A stretch of 63,645 nt of DNA, the filler included, from Octopus bimaculoides (Eukaryota), in NCBI RefSeq assembly GCF_001194135.2. It is 5 parts of 5 records of this genome, joined end to end, with 100 filler letters (N's around TTAATTAATTAA, not from the genome) between each part and the next. Parts side by side here need not be neighbours in the genome. Positions count along the whole stretch, not along the records: positions 58,476 to 63,645 come from NC_068988.1; 4 more parts are not named here. One strand, 5' to 3'. Positions within the stretch are counted from its first letter, which is position 1. Every line of letters begins with the position of its first letter. The position numbers were made by a program, and so were the translations under genes. Positions 63,602 to 63,645 of this stretch are shown here, in pieces. The notes under the pieces were generated by a model that had not been told where the DNA came from, searched no databases, and was given only the letters and a program-made list of their open reading frames with translations.

Positions 63602-63645
<44 letters not shown>

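Overview
AT-rich, repeat-dense eukaryotic scaffold segment from a gapped short-read assembly. About 4.7 kb is N, and nearly all gaps are bordered by (TA)n, (CA)n or (GA)n tracts. The SINE families and microsatellite load look like octopus (coleoid cephalopod); this is inferred from pattern, not searched. No complete protein-coding gene can be supported, and almost all ORFs in the supplied track are microsatellite or N-gap artefacts. Well-supported content: (1) dozens of tRNA-derived SINE copies from at least three families; (2) a Gypsy-type LTR remnant lacking RT/RNase H; (3) a Penelope-like GIY-YIG fragment; (4) three RTE LINE 3' fragments and one CR1/L2-group fragment; (5) two mariner transposase relics, a mariner MITE and a TTAA (Kolobok/T2-type) MITE. 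Signals the repeat annotation does not explain: an apparently intact minimal type-I hammerhead ribozyme with a long stem-II insertion (30415-30514); a 22-bp pre-miRNA-like hairpin (14487-14558); a 489-bp insert with a 16-bp TSD carrying an unrecognised 75-codon frame, which also forms a precise GT-AG intron-like unit (61501-61989); a 192-bp inverted duplicate of an RTE fragment (34355-34987); and several low-confidence exon or microexon candidates, suggesting the window may lie inside introns of a large host gene.
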